Assembly (NCBI RefSeq): GCF_000195855.1
Contig: NC_002677.1
Location: 3,236,204 to 3,268,203, forward strand
Direction: 5' to 3'
Source: Mycobacterium leprae TN
GTDB lineage: Bacteria; Actinomycetota; Actinomycetes; Mycobacteriales; Mycobacteriaceae
DNA: 32,000 bases
In this document: positions 1 through 8,182 of the stretch, piece by piece
How the letters are laid out: the number at the start of each line of letters is the position of its first letter
How positions within the stretch are numbered: the first letter of the stretch is position 1
Made by a program: the position numbers and the translations under genes
Notes under the pieces: model-generated
Seen by the model: the letters and a program-made list of their open reading frames with translations, nothing else
Database searches by the model: none
Told to the model about the DNA's origin: nothing

Positions 1-459
1 CCGCACCGCCAGCCGACCGTCATAGCGGGTCCGCGGTGTGCCGCTACTGTCGGTTTCGATCCAACTGGATTTGTACGGAAACTTACCTTGGCTCAACAAC
101 TCTGTGCCGTAGAGCGGCACTATGTCAGAATAGCACAACTCGTAATATGCGCGCTGGTTATCCCAATTGGGGACCCGCTGACCGCCCGGCCCCGTTCCGG
201 TGGTTTGCAAGCAGGCCGCCTTCGTTGACCAGCCGAGCGCCAAGAATACCAGCCCGATAAGAAACATCACCCGGAGCGGTGTCATCAGCCAACTACGGCC
301 GATCAGCGCATGGCAACCTACCGGTCCACCGATCGCATCTGCTAGGGCGGCGCCCAAATAGTCTGTGCGGCTGGGGCAATCACGGTTATCGGCGCTCTGG
401 CGATCAGCGGCCAACGGCCGCGGCGAGATAGTGGTACTGTGCGTCTGAGCGTTGATCAC
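1..459 (-). CDS. Conserved membrane protein, 5' part only (the gene runs off the left edge); its position corresponds to M. tuberculosis Rv0051
   Basis: The minus-strand frame is open from 459 down to base 1 (153 codons). It is absent from the ORF track because no stop codon lies in the window. The translation ...MTPLRVMFLIGLVFLALGWSTKAACLQTTGTGPGGQRVPNWDNQRAYYELCYSDIVPLYGTELLSQGKFPYKSSWIETD... has a hydrophobic helix followed by coding-like sequence. Candidate starts are GTG 459 (a GTGA overlap with the ponA stop at 456-458) or ATG 285. The ortholog assignment is by gene order only. Confidence 0.6.
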   Translation of the reverse strand, partial: MINAQTHSTTISPRPLAADRQSADNRDCPSRTDYLGAALADAIGGPVGCHALIGRSWLMTPLRVMFLIGLVFLALGWSTKAACLQTTGTGPGGQRVPNWDNQRAYYELCYSDIVPLYGTELLSQGKFPYKSSWIETDSSGTPRTRYDGRLAVR

Positions 460-3071
460 GGTGGCGTTGTTGAAGTTGTTAGGTCGGGCAATGCCTGCGT
501 CGGCGGGACAGTGACCGTCGTGGGCGGGCCGACCGGTATGATTATGCCCGGCGCTACTTCAATAGTAGGCTGAATAACCTTCTTCAAAGGAGGCGGGGGT
601 GCCAGTGTCGGCACACCAGCGTAGCCACCTACCTCAGTCGGCTTGGGGAAGCCCTCGTTAGGGGTACCCTCCAGAGCGCCATCCATCGTCGACTTCCAGA
701 TGTCCGACGGCAGGCCGGAGCCGTAAATCGCTTCTCCTGAAGCGGTTATCAGCGGCACATTGTCTTTGACGGTACCAACCCACACCGCCGTCGACAGCGA
801 AGGTGTGTAACCGACCATCCAAGCATCCTTGTTAGCGGTGGTATCGCCCAGCTGCACCGTGCCTGTTTTGGCTGCCGACGGCCGCCCGCCAGCTAAGTTA
901 TGGCCACGCGAATAACCGGCAATCGGCTGCATCGCCGCAGTAACGTTATCGGCGACAGCTTTGGCGATGCGTTGGTCGCCGCTGTTGTCCGCAGTGCTGG
1001 CGTCGAAAAGTACCCGGCCCTCAGCATTAACGACTTTTTGCACCAAGTGCGGTCGGTGGTAGACGCCGGACGCAGCCAACGTGGCGTATGCCGATGCCAT
1101 ATCGATCACGCGGGTTTCGTACTGGCCCAGAACGATTCCGTTGTTGGGCGGTCCTCCTTTACCATCCTCTGACAGGGTGTGCGCTACACCAGGGAAGCTG
1201 CTCACGATACCAGCTTGGTGCGCGGCGTCCGCAACAGCCTGCGGTCCATTCTTAAGTTTGAGCATCAGACGGTAATAGGAGGTGTTCAACGAGAGCTTGA
1301 GCGCCTCAGCGATATTGCAATTTCCACAACTCTCGTCTCCATTGTTGGTGATCTTAATACCATCGACAGTAAGCGGGGAGCTGTCGACCCGATAGCCCAG
1401 ACCGATACCTTGCTCGAGCGCGGCGATGAGCGCAAATACCTTGAAAGAAGAGCCGGTTTGCAGCCCAGCCTGGGCAAAGTCAAAACCGTTGGCGTCAGCA
1501 CCGCCATAGTAGGCGCGTATCGCACCGTTATGTGGATCGATCGAAACGATGGCAGCACGCATGTCGGGATCCTGCCCGTCAAGGTATTTCGATACCGCCT
1601 TCTCAACTATCCGTTGAGCCTGCGGATCGATGGTGGTAATGACTTGCAGCCCCTGGGTGTTCAAGGTTTGCCGATCGATGTTGAATAGTTCGAACAGCTC
1701 TTTGACCACCTGACGCTCGATGAGTCCATTGGGTCCGGTGGTCTGATTCTGCGCACGAGCCTGGTCAGGCGGCACGGTAGCGGGAAACAGCTGTACCGAG
1801 CGGTCATTCGGCGACAGAGCATTGATGTCCACCATGCCGTCCAGCACCCAGTTCCAACGGGCCGTAACACCCTTGAGATTGATAGCCGGGTCTAGGACCG
1901 ACGGCCGCCGAATTAGCGCCGCCAACAGTGCCCCCTCGGAGCAGGTGAGCTGCTCCACGGGTTTGTCAAAATAGGCCTTGGCCGCAGCTGAAATTCCGTA
2001 GGCTCCCCTACCGAAGTATATTATATTCAAATAAGATTGTAGCACATCGTCTTTAGACCATGCGTCCGACATTTTGATGGCGATGACCAATTCCTTTGTC
2101 TTGCGCATTAAACCGTCAAACCCGTGTTGTGCAGAACCGACTAACGCATTCTTCACATACTGCTGGGTGATAGTTGACCCGCCCTGCAGATCGCCGCTAC
2201 CGAAGAGGTTGTTTTGCACCGCTCGCACAGAGGCTCTGAAGTCAAACCCCGGGTTTGAATAGAAGTTGCGATCCTCTGCAGCAATAACCGCCTGGCGTAC
2301 ATGCACCGGTACTTGGCTGAGGTTGACATCGACCCGGTTACCTTCGGGTGGAACAATTTTGGCGATCTCCAAGCCATTGTTGGCCAGGATCGTCGAGACC
2401 TGGTTAGTACGAATGTCACCTGGCCTGGGAACTTTCACCATGAAGTAGGTCATGGTGAAAGTGACGATCGGTAACAACAACAACACCACCACAGCGAGAT
2501 ACAATGAATACCGCACCCAGCGCCAGTTCACCTGCCGGTTGAGGTGTAGGAGCCATGTCCGATTTAACCGCGATCCAGGCACCCTCCAACCAGGCCCAGT
2601 AGCGCGGCCGGGCTGCTTGGGTGACGGTGGATCGCTCGGCAAACGGCGTCGCCTGCCACCGCCCACGGTCGCTGCCGACCGGCCGTCCAGCTTGGCTGTG
2701 ACCTCCTTAATAGGGTTGCGCCGCGAGGACATGGACGTCGGGAGTGCCGAGCGGAAGGGCATAGCAGGTGGGGGACCGTCCAAGGCGGCCTTGACGGCTT
2801 CGAGGGGGTCCACCCGCCCAGCCGATCGCTCGTCGGTGGCGGACGGGATGATTGCCGTCATCCGGTCATCGAGTGGAACCTGACGACGCTGACCCGGCTG
2901 ATCAGAACTTGGACGCTCACCCACCCGCTCAGTCGCTGGCCCGCTCACATTCCTAGGCGACTGATCGCGGTGGCCGTCGTTATTCAATGGCCATGCGGGC
3001 ACCATTGCACGCCGTCCGGGTGACCGGGGTACCTCTGGGCGGCGGTGCTGACCGTGCCGCACCAAGCACAT
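456..3071 (-). CDS. ponA: Bifunctional class A penicillin-binding protein PonA1 (transglycosylase/transpeptidase)
   Basis: 871-aa ORF. It has an N-terminal TM helix (LYLAVVVLLLLPIV) and the glycosyltransferase-51 motifs EDRNFYSNPGFD and GGSTITQQYVKN. The transpeptidase motifs SSFK, SLN and KTG (AAKTGT) are present, followed by a Pro-rich C-terminal tail. It is colinear with PonA1 (Rv0050) as I recall it. The start is uncertain: ATG 3071, 3005 or 2861. Confidence 0.95.
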   Translation of the reverse strand: MCLVRHGQHRRPEVPRSPGRRAMVPAWPLNNDGHRDQSPRNVSGPATERVGERPSSDQPGQRRQVPLDDRMTAIIPSATDERSAGRVDPLEAVKAALDGPPPAMPFRSALPTSMSSRRNPIKEVTAKLDGRSAATVGGGRRRRLPSDPPSPKQPGRATGPGWRVPGSRLNRTWLLHLNRQVNWRWVRYSLYLAVVVLLLLPIVTFTMTYFMVKVPRPGDIRTNQVSTILANNGLEIAKIVPPEGNRVDVNLSQVPVHVRQAVIAAEDRNFYSNPGFDFRASVRAVQNNLFGSGDLQGGSTITQQYVKNALVGSAQHGFDGLMRKTKELVIAIKMSDAWSKDDVLQSYLNIIYFGRGAYGISAAAKAYFDKPVEQLTCSEGALLAALIRRPSVLDPAINLKGVTARWNWVLDGMVDINALSPNDRSVQLFPATVPPDQARAQNQTTGPNGLIERQVVKELFELFNIDRQTLNTQGLQVITTIDPQAQRIVEKAVSKYLDGQDPDMRAAIVSIDPHNGAIRAYYGGADANGFDFAQAGLQTGSSFKVFALIAALEQGIGLGYRVDSSPLTVDGIKITNNGDESCGNCNIAEALKLSLNTSYYRLMLKLKNGPQAVADAAHQAGIVSSFPGVAHTLSEDGKGGPPNNGIVLGQYETRVIDMASAYATLAASGVYHRPHLVQKVVNAEGRVLFDASTADNSGDQRIAKAVADNVTAAMQPIAGYSRGHNLAGGRPSAAKTGTVQLGDTTANKDAWMVGYTPSLSTAVWVGTVKDNVPLITASGEAIYGSGLPSDIWKSTMDGALEGTPNEGFPKPTEVGGYAGVPTLAPPPPLKKVIQPTIEVAPGIIIPVGPPTTVTVPPTQALPDLTTSTTPP

Positions 3072-3414
3072 ATGACCTGACCAAGTAATTCCAGCTACAT
3101 GTGCGGCATACCTCCACCACGTAGACCGCGAACTCCTCGTAACGTGTAGCCAGCAAGACTAACTCCTCGGCGGTGCGCGCCGAACCGGAAATCGCACCCA
3201 ATTGATTGCCGAACACCCACGACACAAGTGTGAGCTGTTCCTTTCGGCAGATCGGGCACATCACCTGGCTCGGTTTCCCGTGAAATTTGGCCGCGCGGAG
3301 CAAATAGGGGTTTGCATCACACACTTCGGACACACCGGTACGCCCCGAGTACACTTCGGCCAGCAGAAAACGCCGACGAAGAGAATAGTTTACCACCTGA
3401 CGCTGCAGTCGCAC
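2980..3414 (-). CDS. Conserved hypothetical small protein (Rv0049-like), probable zinc-ribbon type
   Basis: 144-aa ORF with a GTG start at 3414. The sequence MRLQRQVVNYSLRRRFLLAEVYSGRTGVSEVCDANPYLLRAAKFHGKP... closely matches my recollection of Rv0049. It has two CxxC pairs (CPIC and CRTC). It lies immediately upstream of ponA and overlaps it. Confidence 0.85.
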   Translation of the reverse strand: MRLQRQVVNYSLRRRFLLAEVYSGRTGVSEVCDANPYLLRAAKFHGKPSQVMCPICRKEQLTLVSWVFGNQLGAISGSARTAEELVLLATRYEEFAVYVVEVCRTCSWNYLVRSYVLGAARSAPPPRGTPVTRTACNGARMAIE

Positions 3415-3639
3415 GGTAACCAGAGTACGTGCCCAACCGCATCACCGAAACGCAAACCCGACGCCGCTACCCACCCGTTTCTAGACCTAAGTCGCGGGTA
3501 CTTTGTCATCTACCTTGGTTGCTGAACTTCATACCATCAACCCCATCACCAGATGGCTTAAAAGCCTGCCTTATATGGCGGCATACACAGGGCAAGCACG
3601 ACCCGAACTAAAAACTAAAGACAGCGACCGCTAGGATAC

Positions 3640-4485
3640 CCGTAAGATCCTTGTAACACCCTAACGATGGCGAGCTCTCCACGGAAGAACACCGGGATCG
3701 GGGTCTTTACCGCCACCAAACGTTCCTAACATTAGGGGTGATCTGCGCCCCGTAGTAGCCTAATCTCCAGGCCAACAGCGCCTTGTTCCACCCGACGCCT
3801 TACCGAATACACCGCCCACATCACTGTCCTCAGTCGCCTAAGGCGCGCGAGTGGGCCATCCTTGGGGCCGTCCCTTCGTGGTGTCAGTGCTGCTGGGCAT
3901 CGGCTGGGAGCTGATACGATCAGGTCAAATCGCTGCTGGACTTCACCACCAATCCTGGAGCTAAGCCAGACGGGGTCACATCCATGGTACTGACCCCGTT
4001 GAGACAACTTCAATTTCAATCGCTCGGCGAGCTCACCGTCCTGATCCTGATGGAGTAAATCTGCACAAAAGACTTGGCTAACACCATAGGCTTCCGGCTT
4101 GGTGATCGACCCGGATTACGCAGCGCTCAATCGCACCGATCTGGCCAACAACAACCGTACGCTGAATTAAAACCTACCGCGGTAGTATGGGCTCGATAGT
4201 CTAGTGTTGTGTTAGAGCGATCCAGCCAGCGACGCCAAAAGCAACAGTTAATAGGTGCATGCCAGTTTAACTCATGTAAATTGACCCAAAAACGACCGCG
4301 AGTATCTTACTGAGGTGCTCCTGAACCCTTCAGGTATCAAACGATCCGACGTCAAAACCAGGTACCTGGTCGTCGATCTCACCACACCCGGGATGCTGTC
4401 ACACTGGATGTCTCCAGCGTTACAGCGCCGCTACCTCGTTTTCACCGGTGACAGCACTGCCAAGCAGGTGAATTACCCCTCGTAG
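3640..4485 (+). pseudogene. Possible decayed membrane-protein gene (position of Rv0048c in M. tuberculosis)
   Basis: This is a 1.18-kb gap in a gene-dense region with no long ORF. Coding-like fragments occur in different + frames, for example RVGHPWGRPFVVSVLLGIGWELIRSGQIAAGL and GIKRSDVKTRYLVVDLTTPGMLSHWMSPALQRRYLVFTGDSTAKQV, and stops interrupt them. The assignment is by synteny only and the boundaries are approximate. Confidence 0.35.
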
Positions 4486-4594
4486 CGACAACATACACTG
4501 GGCGTATATTGTCGTAATATATATCGAGACGATACAATGTTGGGAGGCGTTGGAGCGTAGTAAGTAGCGTCACACATAGCCACAGGGGGACTCA

Positions 4595-5137
4595 ATGCTG
4601 GAACTCGCCATCCTGGGTCTTCTTATCGAGTCGCCGATGCACGGCTACGAATTACGGAAACGGCTAACCGGGTTACTCGGTGCATTCCGGGCATTTTCGT
4701 ATGGCTCGCTTTACCCTGCTCTGCGTCGAATGCAAGCTGACAGGCTAATCACCGGGCACGTCGCACCGGCCGGGACTCCGGTGCGACGTGCCCGGCAGGT
4801 ATACCAACTGACAGACGCAGGCCGCCGGCGCTTCAGCGAGCTGGTAACTGACACCGGGCCGGACAATTACACCGACAACGGTTTCGGGGTGCACTTAGCG
4901 TTTTTCAACCGCACACCAGCGGAAGCCCGGATGCGCATCTTGGAAGGCCGTCGCCGTCGGGTCGAAGAACGCCGCGAAGGTTTACGCGAGGCAGTAACGC
5001 GAGCCAGCAATTCGTTCGACCGTTATACCCGCCAACTACATCAACTCGGGCTCGAGTCCAGCGAACGCGAAGTCAAGTGGCTCAACGAACTGATTGCCGC
5101 TGAACGGGCACTACTCGGCCGTGTCGAGCAGACGTAA
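4595..5137 (+). CDS. PadR-family transcriptional regulator (Rv0047c-like)
   Basis: 180-aa ORF. It has the N-terminal winged-helix PadR signature ([21 protein letters not shown]...[12 protein letters not shown]) and a C-terminal coiled-coil-like region. A GGGGGA Shine-Dalgarno lies just upstream of ATG 4595. Confidence 0.9.
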   Translation: MLELAILGLLIESPMHGYELRKRLTGLLGAFRAFSYGSLYPALRRMQADRLITGHVAPAGTPVRRARQVYQLTDAGRRRFSELVTDTGPDNYTDNGFGVHLAFFNRTPAEARMRILEGRRRRVEERREGLREAVTRASNSFDRYTRQLHQLGLESSEREVKWLNELIAAERALLGRVEQT

Positions 5138-5217
5138 ACCGCTGTACCACCCCGAACACTAACCGAGCAACACTCAAAATCATCCCGAAACACTTGATGA
5201 GGTTAGGAGAACGCCCT

Positions 5218-6327
5218 ATGAGTGAGCACAACCCAGCAGGGGCGCCAGGGGCGTCGACTGAGGTAAGAGTAGCCATTGTCGGCGTGGGCAACTGCGCGTC
5301 CTCGCTAGTTCAAGGTATCGAGTACTACCAGAACGCTGACGACACATCGACAGTGCCCGGTCTTATGCACGTGCGGTTCGGACCCTACCATGTGCGTGAT
5401 GTTAAATTCGTGGCGGCCTTCGACGTAGACGCCAAGAAGGTCGGCGTAGACTTGTCGGACGCGATCTTCACCTCAGAGAACAACACCATCAAGATCGCCG
5501 ACGTGCCACCCACCAATGTGGTGGTGCAGCGCGGCCCAACACTGGACGGCATCGGCAAGTACTACACCGACACCATTGAGCTGTCAGACGTTCCACCCGT
5601 CGACGTAGTCCAGGCACTAACAGAAGCCAAGACAGACGTGCTGGTGTCCTACCTGCCGGTGGGTTCCGAAGAAGCCGACAAGTTCTATGCCCAGTGCGCC
5701 ATCAACGCCCGCGTAGCGTTCGTGAACGCGCTGCCGGTGTTCATCGCCTCCGACCCAGTGTGGGCCAAAAAATTCGCCGACGCCAGGGTACCGATCGTAG
5801 GTGATGACATTAAGAGCCAGGTCGGCGCAACCATCACTCACCGGGTGATGGCCAAGCTGTTTGAGGACCGCGGGGTGCAGCTGGACCGCACCATGCAACT
5901 CAACGTGGGCGGCAACATGGACTTCCTGAATATGCTCGAGCGCGAACGGGTGCAATCCAAGAAGATCTCCAAGACCCAGGCCGTAACGTCGAACGTGCAT
6001 CGGGAATTCAATACCAAAGACATCCACATCGGTCCGTCAGACCACGTCGGCTGGCTCGATGACCGCAAATGGGCCTACGTCCGACTGGAAGGCCGTGGTT
6101 TCGGCGATGTGCCGCTGAACCTCGAATACAAGCTCGAGGTATGGGACTCACCGAACTCAGCGGGCGTCATCATCGACGCGGTACGGGCAGCAAAGATAGC
6201 CAAGGACCGAGGGATCGGTGGACCAGTGATCCCGGCTTCATCCTACCTGATGAAAAGCCCGCCGCAACAGCTACCCGACGAGATCGCGCGTGCCCAGCTC
6301 GAAGAGTTCATCATCGACACCAAATAA
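5218..6327 (+). CDS. ino1: myo-Inositol-1-phosphate synthase
   Basis: The ORF track gives 5194-6327. ATG 5218 follows an AGGAGA Shine-Dalgarno and yields [33 protein letters not shown]..., colinear with Ino1 (Rv0046c) as recalled. The product is 369 aa, with a Rossmann GVGNCAS motif and a conserved SYLMKSPP C-terminus. Confidence 0.95.
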   Translation: MSEHNPAGAPGASTEVRVAIVGVGNCASSLVQGIEYYQNADDTSTVPGLMHVRFGPYHVRDVKFVAAFDVDAKKVGVDLSDAIFTSENNTIKIADVPPTNVVVQRGPTLDGIGKYYTDTIELSDVPPVDVVQALTEAKTDVLVSYLPVGSEEADKFYAQCAINARVAFVNALPVFIASDPVWAKKFADARVPIVGDDIKSQVGATITHRVMAKLFEDRGVQLDRTMQLNVGGNMDFLNMLERERVQSKKISKTQAVTSNVHREFNTKDIHIGPSDHVGWLDDRKWAYVRLEGRGFGDVPLNLEYKLEVWDSPNSAGVIIDAVRAAKIAKDRGIGGPVIPASSYLMKSPPQQLPDEIARAQLEEFIIDTK

Positions 6328-6491
6328 CGGTTCCGCATTCACCGGCAACCCTGAGCGCCCGAGGAGCGCCAGCGACGTGATGTCAGAAATCGTGACCGGC
6401 CTGTCTGAGTTCTCACTGTTATCCAAGAATGCTGAGCAAGACGCCAGTAATGTATCTGCTGCCATCACACAACGAGTCAACGCGGACACGG

Positions 6492-6529
6492 CCGCCGGTG
6501 GAATCAGAACCCGCCGGTGGAATCAGAAC
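6492..6529. repeat. Perfect 19-bp tandem duplication (CCGCCGGTGGAATCAGAAC x2) inside the esterase pseudogene
   Basis: Read directly from the sequence: 6492-6510 equals 6511-6529 and the flanking bases differ. Nineteen is not a multiple of 3, so the duplication shifts the frame. Confidence 0.97.
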
Positions 6530-6611
6530 ATTGCATAAGAGTACGCATACCCCCTGTTTATCGTCTTTTTGCACAGCAAAGTAACAGACGCACTCACACC
6601 TGCGACACCGC

Positions 6612-6645
6612 ACTCGCCAGTGTCGGTGCACCGACACTGGCGAGT
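6612..6645. repeat. Perfect 34-bp palindrome with no spacer (ACTCGCCAGTGTCGGTG/CACCGACACTGGCGAGT)
   Basis: I checked it base by base. There are 17 consecutive complementary pairs around the 6628/6629 centre, and the match breaks at 6611/6646. Confidence 0.97.
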
Positions 6646-7314
6646 CACATTCCCGGATACGGCGACTCCACCTGGCGTGCGGACGGCGATCACTCGCCGC
6701 GCAGCACCGCCACCTTGGCGCTGGTGCTGCGCAGCACTCGCATCGACCATCGACTGCCGAACTTGTTGTCAGCATGTCGCTGGGCAGGTCGACTGCGATA
6801 TGGTTAGCATACGGCGGCGTTCGATCTAGTGAGTCAATTCATCCTCGTGGACATCACCCCTTCAGCGTTTCCGAGACACGCTAAAGCCAACACCGACCAG
6901 CACGGAACGGTAGCGCCGACGCACGGCCAGCACGAGTTTCCTAGCTTTTTAGGTCATGCCGGATCTAATGATTGCCACAGCGTTACACCGCGAGGTGAAA
7001 ATGTTACGTCCCGGCGTTTTCCACAACTCCCATCCACTTGACAAAGGAAACTGGGCATGATATAAATTATGTTATTCCGTGTCACTGCCCTATGGACAAT
7101 GTCCAGGTGTTGTCTGGGGTCGACACACTGATGTGTGTGGCTATGCATCGGGCTTCGCCAACGGCCAAGACACAGCAGAATCCGGCCGGAACGCCAAATA
7201 ATTCCGAGGTGTCCGGGTCGTCGAAAACTCAGGGCACTCGGTGCACAGCGACCAGCCTGACGCACTGATCTAGATCGTTCGCAAAATTCTCGGCGCATAA
7301 CTACAACAACTGCG

Positions 7315-8182
7315 CCACCCCATTAGCATTGGTGTGCAGCTACAGTCTCAGCACGCCCCGCACTACCGTAATATCTCGTAATATCTGCAACGCAGTTCGC
7401 CGATGCGAAAACATCGGCGAACTGCGTTGCTTTCTACCTGGGATCACTTCTTCCCACTCTACAGAAATCTCAACGCCTCCCACTTCGAATGCTGGACCAG
7501 CCTAGCAGCCTGGCCCGAACAGACGTCACGTACCGAAATCGACACCCTAGTGACGTGCAATTCCTACCGTAATCCGGAGCTGTTGGCCGACATAGTACGT
7601 ACCGTCGACCACATTTCTGGCGGCCGGCTCATTTTGGGAATTGGGTCGAGCTGGAAAGACAAGGACTACACTCGAATACGGCTGCAAGTTCGGCACCACT
7701 AGCAACCGCCTCGACGACGTGACCGCCGCGTTACCCTGGATCAAAGCACGGCGAGGAAAGCTGAATCCAGCACCGATCCGCAGCATCCCGGTGCTGATCG
7801 GTGGCACAGACCCGGGCAAGATCCTGAGCCTGGTCGCCGAGCACGCCAATATTCGGCACGGGTTCACCACCGGCCACGACCTACCTGGAAACCGCGGCTG
7901 TCCTGGAAGACCATTGCGCCGCCATAGACTGGAATCCAGCCACCATCGAACTTTTTCCGCCATGGTGGAAAACATCAACGGTGTGCGTTGCACTGAAAGC
8001 AGCAGCGAGCTGATCGACAGCGCTAAGGGCCTAATCGCCGTTGGCGTGACGCTACGGACGGTCGGTTCAACAGCCCAGATTACGATCTCACCGCCACCGA
8101 GACGCTGTGCCACTGGCGCGATAGCCGGCGAGATCGAGTCCGTTTCATCCGCCAAATGCAGAATAAAGGTGCCAACTCATGA
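7315..8182 (+). pseudogene. Luciferase-like monooxygenase (LLM, F420-dependent-type) oxidoreductase pseudogene
   Basis: Family-typical fragments occur in shifting + frames. They are [106 protein letters not shown]...IPVLIGGTDPGKILSLVAEHANI, LETAAVLEDHCAAIDWNPATIE and DYDLTATETLCHWRD, ending at TGA 8180-8182. There are at least 3 frameshifts. By position it may correspond to Rv0044c (unverified). Confidence 0.8.
7367..7430. repeat. Composite lesion: a 10-bp tandem duplication (CGTAATATCT x2, 7367-7386) directly abutting a perfect 19-bp inverted repeat with a 6-nt loop (7387-7405 / 7412-7430)
   Basis: Read directly from the sequence: GCAACGCAGTTCGCCGATG cgaaaa CATCGGCGAACTGCGTTGC, with all 19 pairs complementary, followed by TTTCT. 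It lies in the 5' part of the LLM pseudogene. Confidence 0.97.

Larger units (their letters stand above)
6380..7300 (+). pseudogene. Alpha/beta-hydrolase esterase pseudogene (Rv0045c-like)
   Basis: Fragments in three + frames align colinearly with Rv0045c as recalled. They are MSEIVTGLSEFSLLSKNAEQ (from 6380), THTCDT...PGYGDSTWRADGDHSP, the nucleophile-elbow region VVSMSLGRSTAIWLA (about 6765-6809), ILVDITPSAF...EFPSF (from 6829) and ENSGHSVHSDQPDALI-stop-IVRKILGA, which ends at TAA 7298-7300. There are several frameshifts and an in-frame TAG at 7271-7273. Confidence 0.85.

Noticed and set aside
36-260. 74-aa + strand ORF at the left edge
   Set aside because: It lies antisense to the open minus-strand frame that continues the Rv0051-like membrane protein. 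It has no Shine-Dalgarno and no motifs.
2473-2492. Trinucleotide run AACAACAACAACACCACCAC, a possible microsatellite or VNTR
   Set aside because: It lies in frame within the ponA transmembrane helix (VVVLLLL on the coding strand). It is short, and I do not recognise it as a typing locus.
3273-3286. parS-like GTTTCCCGTGAAAT inside the Rv0049-like gene
   Set aside because: It has two mismatches to the 14-bp core, including one at a central position, and it is far from the parAB cluster. A chance match is plausible. It is only worth including in a genome-wide scan.
4508-4538. Inverted repeat ATTGTCGT...ACGATACAAT upstream of the PadR gene, a possible autoregulatory operator
   Set aside because: It pairs at only 5+3 bp and needs a 2-nt bulge, within an AT-rich tract. 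That is too degenerate to call without binding data.
7547-8155. 202-aa minus-strand ORF antisense to the LLM pseudogene
   Set aside because: It has no recognisable motifs and an Arg/Pro/Ser-rich composition typical of antisense frames in GC-rich DNA. The sense strand carries clear, though decayed, LLM homology.
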